Shown: positions 35,408 to 46,821 of the stretch, piece by piece
How positions within the stretch are numbered: position 1 is the first letter of the stretch
Layout: each line of letters starts with the position of its first letter
From: Proteromonas lacertae
Lineage: Eukaryota
DNA: 57,920 nt
Direction of reading: 5' to 3'
NCBI GenBank assembly: GCA_002245135.1
Contig: NGBS01000337.1
Coordinates: forward strand, 1 to 57,920
The notes under the pieces: model-generated
Told to the model about the DNA's origin: nothing
Seen by the model: only the letters and a program-made list of their open reading frames with translations
The model's database searches: none
Made by a program: the position numbers and the translations under genes

Positions 35408-36519
35408 TAAAATAGTAATTTGATTTTAGAATAAATCACTTACAAATCTATATGGCAAAAAAGAAGTTAAAACCTGGAGTTTCTAACCAACTGACAAAAG
35501 AAAGCAAAGTTTACTGAAGCACACATATTTATATTTTTTTGATATAAACAGTTTCACGTCAGAATTTCGATTTAGTAAAAAATATAGAATATTGTATATA
35601 CAGTCAAAACCGTGTAATATGATTTTTGGGGATGCTAATCTCAACATGCATATACAAATGTAATATAAATTTACCATGTATTTTTATGTAATATACTTGC
35701 AGCTTTTAATAAAAATATAGATAATTACGTTTTTCTCTTAATTTGTCAGTATAAGGTTGTGATAAAATGTATATAGAAACTTTAAATTAGTATAAATGTG
35801 TTGAGAGCAGCTACAGAGTCATTACTTGTATTATTATATATTATCATTCTACAGATGTTTTTGTGATTCGTACTTCCATCAAAAATGTTTAATCCAACAG
35901 AATATAGTAATATATACACATTAATCACAAAAAACATGTGAATAGTTATAGGAGATAATTCAGAATTTATGAATTTCAATTTTTTATCACTAATGCAAGT
36001 TTAATGAGTAAAATATTGAATAAAAGACTGTCATTAGTTATAAAAAAGAATATGAAATTGAGCTTGGCTTGATTAATTTGAACTGCCATTAAAATTAAAA
36101 GCAGAATTAATAAATAAACTCATCATGCGTAAGATTACTAGAAAGCAAATAAACTCATCATATAATTGGAGTGGAAGCTTTTAGATTGGTATAGAAAAGC
36201 TATAGAATTAATACCTGTTACTCATATTACAATAACTGAATCTATATTACAAATTAAATGCAATGAATTAAGCAATAAAAAGAAAGAAAGGTATTAACAA
36301 TTTACTTACTTTAGTAAAAGGTTATGAAGATGAAGAAAAAAGGTACTCATTATCATCTTTTCTAAACGCTTTACTCAACAAATTATAAACTATAATTATA
36401 TATTGAGTATTAATGTGATTTGTGTAATGTTTGATTAATAATAACATATTACACATAATTATATTACTATAAAAATTATAACTTTCGAATTAGAGAATAG
36501 TTCTTCAATCAAAATATAA

Positions 36520-36690
36520 TCATTTAGCAGCATATACACCATATATACATTCATAGATTCATAAAAAGAAGTATATTATCAATTAATAAAAATCTTACAG
36601 ATAGAAATGGTAAAAGTAGAGTATGTGATTTGGTCAGTGGGATATATGCTATATGAAATGTTTTGTAAGAAATTACAATTTAATGAAGAT
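36520..36690 (+). pseudogene. Protein kinase C-lobe remnant
   Basis: RVCDL and IWSVGYMLYEM in adjacent frames. Confidence 0.45.
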
Positions 36691-36805
36691 AATAATATCA
36701 CTAAGTCAATGTAGATGAATAGATATCATGATAATTAATTCAAGGTGTATTTGATTTTGTGAAGAGGGGTTGTTTTATTTGTTTAGAATATTAAAATATG
36801 TTAAT

Positions 36806-36930
36806 TGTTGTGCGCCGTTTGTCAGAGTTAGCCGTATGTTTACCAATCACTTTCAAAACAAACTAAATACACAATTACACTTCTTTTAATGAAATTTTGT
36901 TACTTTTATATTAACATTTTGTATATGATA
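36806..36930 (+). mobile_element. Left end of a TGTTGTGCGCCG-family element
   Basis: TGTTGTGCGCCGTTTGTCAGAGTTAGCCG..AAAACAAACTAAAT. Confidence 0.75.
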
Positions 36931-37710
36931 GACATGTCACGATATGACTTAATTAGCCTATGTAACAAATTATTTTACATAATCTATTAATACATATTAA
37001 GTACATGAATAATATAAAATATTATCTTACAACTCACTTCTGTTGTTGATATAAATAAAAAAATGTAACTAATAACTTGAATTTTCTTACCCCCTTATTT
37101 GTACGAAAATCAATATTTTGATATAAACACTTGTTTTATATGCACATGTTTTTCATCTAAATCTATAATTTTAGTTACAAAGTTAATATCTACAATATTA
37201 ACAGAAATACAATCTTTAATCGACATGAATCTCAAAGCTACAACAAATTAATGTATTTCATATTTCAATACCTTCTATAAAAATCATTCATTTCAGTGTG
37301 TAGCCAATTACAATATATTTTTACACTTAGCTTCTTTTGTATAATTTACAAAATTATAATTTATGGGTTGTTTTTGTTTTATGTAATAGTATCAATGATT
37401 ATGAAATGATACACATAAGTCACAGAAGAAAATTGAGAAGTGAAAATGTCTCCTAGACAAACGGCGTATTTCTAAATCTTCTCACGCCGTTTGTCTAGGA
37501 GACACTTTTGATTTCTCATATTTCATATATGAGATAATCATAATATATTATTAACAAATATAACAAAATTGAAATCAGAAAATAAGTTGAAACAACATTT
37601 AACTCAAATCTTTTTCCAAAATTGGTTTTTATGTTATGTGGATGTGTGTACCTAACAAACACATTGTAATTATATAAAGATACTTTTTAGAATTTTTAAA
37701 GAAAATGAAA

Positions 37711-38152
37711 TTATTTAAATCTATAAATGTAAAACAATTTCGCTTTTTCTTCGTCATTTAAACTATCTATACCTTCAATTAAATCATCAATGAAGTATTT
37801 TATATTAAAACTTTCTATATTTTGAATCTTTGTTATTTCCAAATTATACAATCTTGCACCAAGAAAGAATAAACAGTAATATCCACAAGTTACAGCATCT
37901 GTTTGATGAACTTTTGTATCTACTATTTCATATGATTCTAATTCACGATTGCAAGAATGAAAATTGTTAAATATTCTTTATAACTATAGTTCTTGATTCT
38001 TTGTTCATATAAATTGCTTAACTGTCATATATTCTAAACATCATATAGTCATTAGGAACATAATCTACTTCCCATAAACTCCAATGACTTTGATTTGGAT
38101 CACATACTGGAAAATAATAAATTCCTTTTTCACTTATCTTTTTATAAATCTT
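37711..38152 (-). pseudogene. Ulp1/C48-type (clan CE) cysteine protease domain
   Basis: Hand translation: YFPVCDPNQSHWSL..RIYDS*..HQTDAVTCGYYCLFF; one stop and one frameshift; absent from the ORF track. Confidence 0.8.
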
Positions 38153-39700
38153 TCAACAAAATCTCTTTCGATTGTTCTGTTTGTGAATTGATCACCAAAA
38201 TCAATTACATCTACTGGATCTTCTCAAAATATTGTTGTTATTATACATTTAGTTGTAACTGGAAGAATTGCGCTATCTCCTTCAGTTGCTGCTATGTATA
38301 TTGTATCTTTATAAGCTAATACATCTTCTAACATGCAACTAACTACTATCTTTTGAGATTCTTTACTTTGTAATATACCATCAACTATATCAGTATTAAA
38401 ATAAAATCCTCGTTCAAAATCTAATTTATAAAAAGCTGGAATTGAAGTTGGATTAGTTATTGTAAATTCTTTTGTATGAGTATCTAAACAAGTTATATCA
38501 CCAAATTTTATATGATTTAAATTTGACTTTATCACTGGTCCAACTCCATTTGCTTCTAATACTAATACCAATGGAGGTTATTGACTGCCAATTATTTGAA
38601 TATATAATGGAATTCTCATATCACCTAATTTCTCAGGATTTAATTAAACTTTAATCATTTGAGTTGCCATTGGACAAATTACACCTTTAACTGGATCAGG
38701 GAAATAACTACCAATTGATTTACTTTTTTCATCTTGTTCTGTTTTCAAATTGAGCACTTAAATTGGATTTATTCTTTAATGTTAAAGCTCGATAATAAGT
38801 ATATCTTAAATAACAATCTCCATATTTCAAGGATTCTTCTAATAATTCTACTTCAGCTACTCGACATTCAGCACTTATTGGAATTGTTAATAAAGCTTCA
38901 CCTACACTTTCAATATCAATTGCTGAACAATAATCATATACTTTTATTGTTTGAGATATGAAATTGATTTTGATTTTCTCTTCTCCTTCTGGTAATACTG
39001 TTGCTACTGCTTGAATTATTTCGAATTCTTTGTTTAAGTAATTACCATCTTGAGGAACTCGTAAATTGAATATAAATGGAACAGAGGAAGTATTTCTTAA
39101 TATCAAATCAGTTGAGTTTAAAAACGCATAACTTATAATACCAAAATCTAGTTTATTCTTATTAAATAAGAATGTTGGACCAACTACATGTCCTTTTATT
39201 GCTAATACTACATTATTAGTTGCTCCTTTTAATGCAAATTCAAAATGATCACTAAATTCACCAAGAGTTGAACTTGTATAAGATACTTCGATTGTTACAC
39301 TTTCTTCTATATCTAATTCACCTTCTGGTGGAGTAAATATTACATTTGGTTTAACTGATCCTTCATTGGTAAGTGATACTTCAACCAATATCTAATGATA
39401 AATAAGCAGGATCCATTGATATTATTTGAGTACTTCAACTAATATCTAAATCTTGAGTTTGAGCTTTTTTTCTTCTAATTAATACATTTTTTCTCCTAAA
39501 GTCTAAATCAACACTATTCTGCTGTATATTTGATATATTATTTTTTCTACTCTATAATTGGGCCTAGTTAATCTTTGACTTCTTAAACCTCGATTTTCTA
39601 TTAAAATACTCTTTCAGCTTATCTGTTAGTAAATTTATTACCAAAATCAATTATATCTACTTTATCTTCATAGATTAATGATGCTTCTATACCTTTCACT
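38153..39700 (-). pseudogene. HYDIN: HYDIN-like (ASH/MSP Ig-repeat) ciliary gene fragment
   Basis: LGEFSDHFEFALKGA..KGHVVGPTFLF..LDFGIISYAF, FTITNPTSIPA; stops and frameshifts. Confidence 0.7.
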
Positions 39701-40149
39701 GTACATGATAGTATTATACAGTTTATAAATAATATAAAGTAAGTAATTTGATAATAATAATAATAATAATAATATATATATAAATATATAGTACTTACAT
39801 TTTGATTTTCTGAAATAAAAAACTGTCAAGTTTGACAATCTTGATTTTTCTTTTTTGAAATATCTTCTTATCTTGATAGAATATTATAACATTCTTCTAA
39901 GTTTATGCTGAAATTCATTTTTTCTCTTTGACTGAATCATAAAAACATACAAACAAAAAAGTTGAAGAAAATGAAATTTTAAATTAAAAATGACGTCAGA
40001 AGGGGTATAATTCTTTATTCCTGTGTAACTGACACTTCTCATCTAGACATTATATGTCAATAAAAAATAAAATATGGAATATACATAATTTTTAGAATAT
40101 ATTTTGATAGTCTTTATTCAATATTAATACAATTAATAGTTACTCACAG

Positions 40150-40278
40150 ATGTAGGTTATATGACAAATTAGGCATAAAAGTAACAATTTTTCATCAAGA
40201 CAAGTAAGAATATGCATTTAGTTTGTTTTGAAAGTGTCTGGTAGACAAAAGGCCAACTCTGACAAACGGCTCACAACA
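40150..40278 (-). mobile_element. Right end of a TGTTGTG-family element
   Basis: ..GTCTGGTAGACAAAAGGCCAACTCTGACAAACGGCTCACAACA. Confidence 0.75.
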
Positions 40279-40313
40279 CATAGGATCAAACAGGAATTTA
40301 CCAAACAAGACAT

Positions 40314-41291
40314 ATGGAAATAATTGTTCTATTTTTTGTATATATTTATATTTCTATTTTCTTAATTACTTTTCGTTTCTATAATAATAATAATAATAAC
40401 TTTTTAAAATTATATTATATGTCAAAAAAGACATTATATCAGAACTATACAACAATAAAAAAATGTTTAAATAAAACATACATTATTGAATGCAATTTAA
40501 AATGCGATGATCTTGTATCTGACAGTGATATAAATGTAATGAATATATATGACAAAAGAACTACATTTTTCCCTTCTATTATTGCTCCATCTATATCGTT
40601 TGTTGAGATAATTGTTGGAATACCTTGTTCTCCTCAACAGTTGCAAGGTAGAATTGCTGTTCGAGAAACATATAAAAAGTGCAACATTATTAATCAATAT
40701 CATGTAAAATATATATTTGCTACTGGTTTGCCCAGATCATCTAATTATAATATTGAATACTTAAAAAGTGAATCTAACATTTTTAACGATTTAATCGTGT
40801 TTAATATGATTAATTCATATGAAAATCTAACATTTACGATGTTTTCTTTGTACAAATGGATAATTGAGAAACATTCAAATATAAAGTACTTTATCAGATG
40901 TAATCTTGACACACTATTTATTCCTATTAACATAAATACAATTTTAAGTAAAAACTATGACATAATAGGAGAGTTCTATAAATATAAGAATTTCAATTTT
41001 AGTTACCCTCAAGGATCATTTTATATATTCTCTATCAAAGCATTAAGCAAAATATTATCATCTTCAAAATATGTAAAATTAAATAGATTAGATGATGTTA
41101 TTTATGGAATTATAATTAAAAGTTTAAAAAATCTATCAGTATATGATTTATACAATTCTGGATTAATGTATTCTCAAAAGAAAACATTTTATAAGATTAA
41201 AAACATAAGAAATGCTTTTGCAATACATCCATTAAACCCTAAGGTAGTTTTAAGTTTGTATAATTTATTAAATAAAAATTCATATAAGTAG
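40314..41291 (+). CDS. GT31 (beta-1,3-galactosyltransferase family) glycosyltransferase
   Basis: RIAVRETY, LKSES..FNDLI..SYENLT, YFIRCNLD, YPQGSFYIFS, LDDVIYG; N-terminal anchor. Confidence 0.85.
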   Translation: MEIIVLFFVYIYISIFLITFRFYNNNNNNFLKLYYMSKKTLYQNYTTIKKCLNKTYIIECNLKCDDLVSDSDINVMNIYDKRTTFFPSIIAPSISFVEIIVGIPCSPQQLQGRIAVRETYKKCNIINQYHVKYIFATGLPRSSNYNIEYLKSESNIFNDLIVFNMINSYENLTFTMFSLYKWIIEKHSNIKYFIRCNLDTLFIPININTILSKNYDIIGEFYKYKNFNFSYPQGSFYIFSIKALSKILSSSKYVKLNRLDDVIYGIIIKSLKNLSVYDLYNSGLMYSQKKTFYKIKNIRNAFAIHPLNPKVVLSLYNLLNKNSYK

Positions 41292-41700
41292 TGTCTATAT
41301 GTTGAACAATCACTAACAATTATTTTGTTTATTTCTTCTTGATTTATTCTGCTTGACTTATATGAAGTTTTAATTTTTGCTCTGAGATTATATTGAAAGA
41401 TGAAGTCTTTATTGAAAGAATTGAGAAACGTAAAACAGTTTTTTGGGTATAACTTCATAGAATATTCAATATATTACATGCAATTCATCATTTTGAGTAT
41501 TACATTTTGTTAAACAATTATCATCATATCTTATATGTATACCTTTGATAAAAAGTAAAATAATTGTTTTTAACGTATAATAGTATTTATTTGATTTAAT
41601 TATTTTGTCAAATATGTCTAATTTAATTATTTAGTTTTTATCAACGCTACTTAAATTGAAGTATTTATTTAATTTATCTCCTATAACTAAGTAATAAAAA
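41290..41700 (-). pseudogene. Possible decayed fucosyltransferase-like paralogue
   Basis: IKGIHIR and IIVSD pieces in different frames. Confidence 0.3.
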
Positions 41701-42055
41701 TAACCAAATACAGTGAAATTGTCTTTTACTTAAAAGCGATAATAAATACTTAATTATGTTTTAGGACATCGAAGAAGTAATTAACATACATTTTATAACA
41801 TATCATGTCAAATTATTCATAATCATGATAGAATCAAGTTATCACATCGCAATATTATATGTCCTTGTCTTTTTTAACTTTTCTAAAATTTGTATATACA
41901 ACTTTGTTAACTATGGTGTATATGCTTGAACATCATGTCTCCATCCCAATAACGTGCAGTCTTTTGTTGAATATCAGTATGATTAGGATAATTCCAATCA
42001 GGACGTCTCATATAAGGCATTACTTTATTCTGATTTTCTATATTTCCTCTATGTC

Positions 42056-43069
42056 CTCTATAATTTTCCTAAGGAACATTATGTCATCCATTATCAGAAT
42101 CTCAAATTTGCAGTTGATCATGGATATAGAGTAACAAAAGTATATAAAGTACTAACTTTCTTGGAAAGTAAACATATGTCTAAACATATTGATCAATTAA
42201 AGGATATGAGAGTTTATGCGAAGGAAATGCATCAAACATCTACTACTAATATTATGAAGAAATTACTTAATTCACTTTATGGAAAAACTTTAGAAAGAGT
42301 TGATAAGAGGAGAAGTATCAAATTAGTAGTGTCAGAAAATCAGGTAAGAAAAGCTATTAGAGATCCTTGGTTTGATAAGATAGATACTATTCATGGAGAT
42401 TTGAGATTAGTACATTATCATAAAAAGATGTTCAAAATTAATAAACCTATTCAGATAGGTATGACAATCCTTGCTCTTTCTAAGTTATTAATGCAGCAGT
42501 ATTGGTATGATGGAGTATTACATTACAATTCACCAGAAGATGTTAGACTCTTAATGACAGATACTGACAGTCTCCTCTTTTCTGTAAAGACTAAAGATAT
42601 ATATTGGAATTTCAATCATCTTCAAAAATATATAGATGGAAGTAATCTGAATATGCCTCCTTTCAGTAATTACTACAAATGAGATTCATTACCATGTAAA
42701 CCAGGAACATTAAGTAAACTCAAGTTTGAGGAACAGGATGGTAAGAAATTCTATGTTATCACTAAGTTTAGAGGATTGAAATCCAAATGTTACTATTATG
42801 AAAAGGAATGTGTTAATGATGGTACACTCAAATCCTCCAACAGATGTAAAGGATTGATAACAGCTATAACAAGTAAGATGATAGGAGATGATTATACTGA
42901 AATGGTTGATGGATATGTTTCTAAACAGAAGTTTGGTATTAATCATATTAGAAGTAGAAATCATCATATCTATACTGCTTATGAAGAAAAGATAGGACTT
43001 ACATATTTTGATGATAGAAGATACTTTGAAGATGATTATAAAATAGTTCCATATGGATACAATAATTAG
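42056..43069 (+). pseudogene. polB: C-terminal half of a second, divergent pPolB (in-frame TGA at 42680)
   Basis: YVIHYQNLKF, motif B KKLLNSLYGK, NKPIQIG, motif C MTDTDSL, LKSKCY, FDDRRY..VPYGY. Confidence 0.92.
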
Positions 43070-43569
43070 ATATCCTCTAATATTATATACTGATTCTATA
43101 TTCTTATTTTTGTTTTAGTCTATTCTAGTCTATACTATAGTCTAGTCCTCCCCCGCCTGGGATTCCCCCCTCCGCCCCTGTGGATCATAATATTCTATCA
43201 GGGAGGATTTCTAATTTTTTAATAATTGTATGTTATAGGGTTAACAATTTTTCTTATATTCTGTCTTTTATAATGAGGATCCTTTATTTTTTCTATTTCC
43301 TCTTTCAAAGAGGATTTAAATGAGGTTAATCCTCCTCTAATCCTCTAAAAAAGAGGATTTCATGCATTTATATTATATTTCTTAACCTTAAATTTTGATA
43401 AATAGGTGAGTGATTTAATAATGAGATGTACTTATTCTTTTCACACATATACTATGCAAGATCGAAATACTTAATCTTTCGTGACTTTATTATATCTATA
43501 CACTGATCTTTCAAATAGTGTGGAATATCTTGCATACATCATTCTTTAGTTAATATAGGGATAATAAAA

Positions 43570-44175
43570 CTAATTTTTTTGGTATACATTGCATAACTCT
43601 CCTATATTATATTCCCATAACCTACATATAATACTAAAATATGCAAAACTTTTGTCATATTTTTCATAATAAAGTGCAAACACAATTGAGCTTATTATTA
43701 AAAATATATTTATATATATAGTTTCATTTGTAAATATTGTATATGTAATATAAATTATAATTATGTATTGCCATTTCAATGAGACAAACCAATAATGTAT
43801 TAATACTGATTTATATTCACTTGAGTAATAATTTACTGACTTTATATACAATTTTATATTTAATAATTGAAAAATACAATATAGTATATCATATACTATA
43901 TCCATTCTATTATATTCTATTATTTTGTTAAATAATTATATTATTATTAGCAGAGCTATGTATGAAGGGGGTACTAATTTCCTAATCCTCTTTATAATAA
44001 ATAAGTATTTTGATGTGCTAACTCTTTTAATACTATTTAAGGTAAAGTAACCAGATATAAAGAGAAAAATATCAACTCCTATATATCCATTAGATAATAT
44101 AGCACTATTATAATGATATATGACAATTAATATAAATGCTAATCCCCTTAACCCTTGAATATCATTTCTTACCAT
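43570..44175 (-). pseudogene. Acyltransferase family 3 (OafA-like), broken
   Basis: RNDIQGLRGLA, GYIGVDIFLFISGY, IHYWFVSL. Confidence 0.8.
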
Positions 44176-44237
44176 ATTTACAACTATTATAAATATTTAT
44201 ATAATAGAAAAATCTATATAAAAATACTTATTGTATA

Positions 44238-45401
44238 TTAAGAAATATGAATTAATTTAATTATGTTCTTAAAATCATTAATATTTACTTTAAATTTTTT
44301 AGATGTTGAAATATTTTCGTATATACCATAGTATTCTAATCCCAACCAACTTGCCAAAGTAAAATAACAAATATTATCGTAGTAAAATTCTATTATTTTA
44401 CACTTTCTATTACTTACTATTATATTCGACAAACCAGCTCCATGAGGAGCAATGATAAGTTTAGCATATCTAAAATAATTTAATGTCTGATTGAATGGTG
44501 TATTTGGATAGAAAATAACAATTTTATAATCCTTATATACTTTTAATATAATGTCATATACTTCTTTAAAATTTATTATATCTCTTTTTCCAAATCTTTT
44601 AATAACTACTATATCATATTTATATTGAGATGTTATTTTTAATCTCAAATAATGTCTCAATGAATAAAACTGAAGTGGTGAAGGAGGATAAGCACAAGTT
44701 CCTTTTTGGATTAATAATCTTTTAACAAATACATTTCCATATATAATTCTTGAATTATTGAAACCAAGAAAATTAAGATAATTCACACTAGCAGATGACA
44801 TAATATGTATTTTTATTGATTCATCTTTTAATAACTCAGGTATAAAGTATCCTATTTTTGGTAAACATTCAATAATTGAATGATATACTGCATGTCCCCA
44901 ATGTTGAGTAATTGATATTACTTTATCATAAATTTTAATATTAGAATAATTGAACTGAATATAAGGTAAAATAAAACATTTACATCCTCCATAGACTGTT
45001 ATATTCCAACATTTAGAATGAATACTCCCTCTGTATGATAAAAATACATCTTTAAAACCAAAAGTAAACATCTTATACACATTTATTTTGGTATGACTAT
45101 AATTTGATTTAAATATTTTTGTCTTTGAATTAAGTATATATATATGTGATTTGATTGATTTTGTCTTTATTTCTTTACTTAAGAACGTATATATATTAAT
45201 TGTCTTATTTATATCTTTTAAACAAGTAATCTTCTTTACATAGTTACATAAATACCTGTTATTTATATAATACAACATCTTAAATGTTGAATATAAGAAT
45301 TTGTTTATTTCTATATCATTATTTTTTTTAACTAAATTATTAAAATATATAATGATTAAAAAAAGATAAAGAATATTACAATAACATCCATAATAAAACA
45401 T
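44238..45401 (-). CDS. GT61 glycosyltransferase
   Basis: YHSIIECLPKI, R..RDIINFKEV, AKLIIAPHGAGLSNII..IIEF; N-terminal anchor. Confidence 0.88.
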   Translation of the reverse strand: MFYYGCYCNILYLFLIIIYFNNLVKKNNDIEINKFLYSTFKMLYYINNRYLCNYVKKITCLKDINKTINIYTFLSKEIKTKSIKSHIYILNSKTKIFKSNYSHTKINVYKMFTFGFKDVFLSYRGSIHSKCWNITVYGGCKCFILPYIQFNYSNIKIYDKVISITQHWGHAVYHSIIECLPKIGYFIPELLKDESIKIHIMSSASVNYLNFLGFNNSRIIYGNVFVKRLLIQKGTCAYPPSPLQFYSLRHYLRLKITSQYKYDIVVIKRFGKRDIINFKEVYDIILKVYKDYKIVIFYPNTPFNQTLNYFRYAKLIIAPHGAGLSNIIVSNRKCKIIEFYYDNICYFTLASWLGLEYYGIYENISTSKKFKVNINDFKNIIKLIHIS

Positions 45402-45819
45402 ATTAAATTATCTTCTAATTACAGTTATTGAAGAAATTATTTTGAATAAATTGTCTCTTTCATTTCCATAAAACAAATAAGAATATTGTTATTGACACTA
45501 ATAATATCATTATATTTGGTACTTATTTAGATGAAAGATTGTTACTTTTATACTTACTTTGTCATATATGAAACACATTAATATTTTATTTTTTGTTTTT
45601 ATGATAGGGTTTTCCTAACTAAAATGATTAGAATACTAAATAATAGAAATAAATTCATGTATTCTAATCATTTTGCATTTATTATTTAGCGCTAGCATTT
45701 GCTTTAGAGCCAGTGTTACACTTAATTCGAATCTTATTTCACCAGCAATGATGCACATCATAACACTATTGAAATATAATATATTTAAACAAATAAAATC
45801 ACTTTTATAGATATATAGA

Positions 45820-46611
45820 ATGAACATATTTGTATTTTTTGTTACATCTATTTTATTTTATGTTATTATCGAAACTTTGTATAACACATCATACAATATT
45901 AATAATAACAAGAAAAAAGTTGTAGATTTTAAAGATATAAACACTATTATAAATGTTATGACAAATTGTTCAATAGTGATTAAGAAGAATATGAAAATAA
46001 AAGTATATAATGATTTTATGAAATATGTTAACTATTTATCATGTACATGCAAAGGAATAGGATATTGGGATGGATTCTGTTTAAAGAAAAGTAATCTATA
46101 TGTTGGAGGTAATCAAGCTCATGATATTGGTTTGTCAAATGAATTAGCAAAATTATTTAAAGACAAAAGAGTGGTTGATTTAGGATCAGGCTTGGGTTGG
46201 TATTGTCCTGTTATATCAAAAAAATCTAGAGTATGTGACCAATATGATGGATCTGTAAATATAGAAGAAGTAACACAAGGTAAAGTAAAATATCTAAACC
46301 TAGCAGAACCAATAGAAATGGAGTGTAAATACGATATAGTAATGTCTATCGAAGTAGCTGAGCATATACCTAAAAAATTTGAAAAAACATATATAAATAA
46401 CTTAATAAAATGTGCTAAAGAAGCCATATTAATAACATGGAGTAGAATAGGTCAACATGGACATTTTCATGTAAATAATAAAAATAGAGAGGATGTTATA
46501 AAACTATTTGAAAAAAGAGGATTAAAATATAACTCACAAATAAGTGCCAAATTAAAAAATGTAACTAGTATTTGGTGGTTAAAAAATAATATATTATATT
46601 TTACTAAATAA
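45820..46611 (+). CDS. Signal-anchored class I SAM methyltransferase
   Basis: VVDLGSGLGWY, YDIVMSIEVAEHIP, TWS..GQHGHFHVN. Confidence 0.88.
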   Translation: MNIFVFFVTSILFYVIIETLYNTSYNINNNKKKVVDFKDINTIINVMTNCSIVIKKNMKIKVYNDFMKYVNYLSCTCKGIGYWDGFCLKKSNLYVGGNQAHDIGLSNELAKLFKDKRVVDLGSGLGWYCPVISKKSRVCDQYDGSVNIEEVTQGKVKYLNLAEPIEMECKYDIVMSIEVAEHIPKKFEKTYINNLIKCAKEAILITWSRIGQHGHFHVNNKNREDVIKLFEKRGLKYNSQISAKLKNVTSIWWLKNNILYFTK

Positions 46612-46821
46612 TTATATCTTCATACAGACTCTTTCCAAAAACAAAATATCTTGGCATTTTACAATTAATGTTTATAAATACACACTTCTTCTAGTTTTAA
46701 ATTTCTTGCTATTCTAATACTTTGTCAATTACGAAATTTACCATATCAAAACGATCTTGTATGTGTACTTCAGTTATTTCTAACTCCTTCGAGGATGAGT
46801 TATCTCCTCCAGTGGTCAAGA

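Noticed and set aside
35420..36400. Possible further decayed genes
   Set aside because: No motif strong enough to name; no tRNA or rRNA recognised anywhere in the window either
36806..40278. A single intact composite transposon
   Set aside because: No TSD; kept only as a hypothesis
42056..43069. The missing half of element A pPolB translocated here
   Set aside because: The overlapping region is too divergent at protein level
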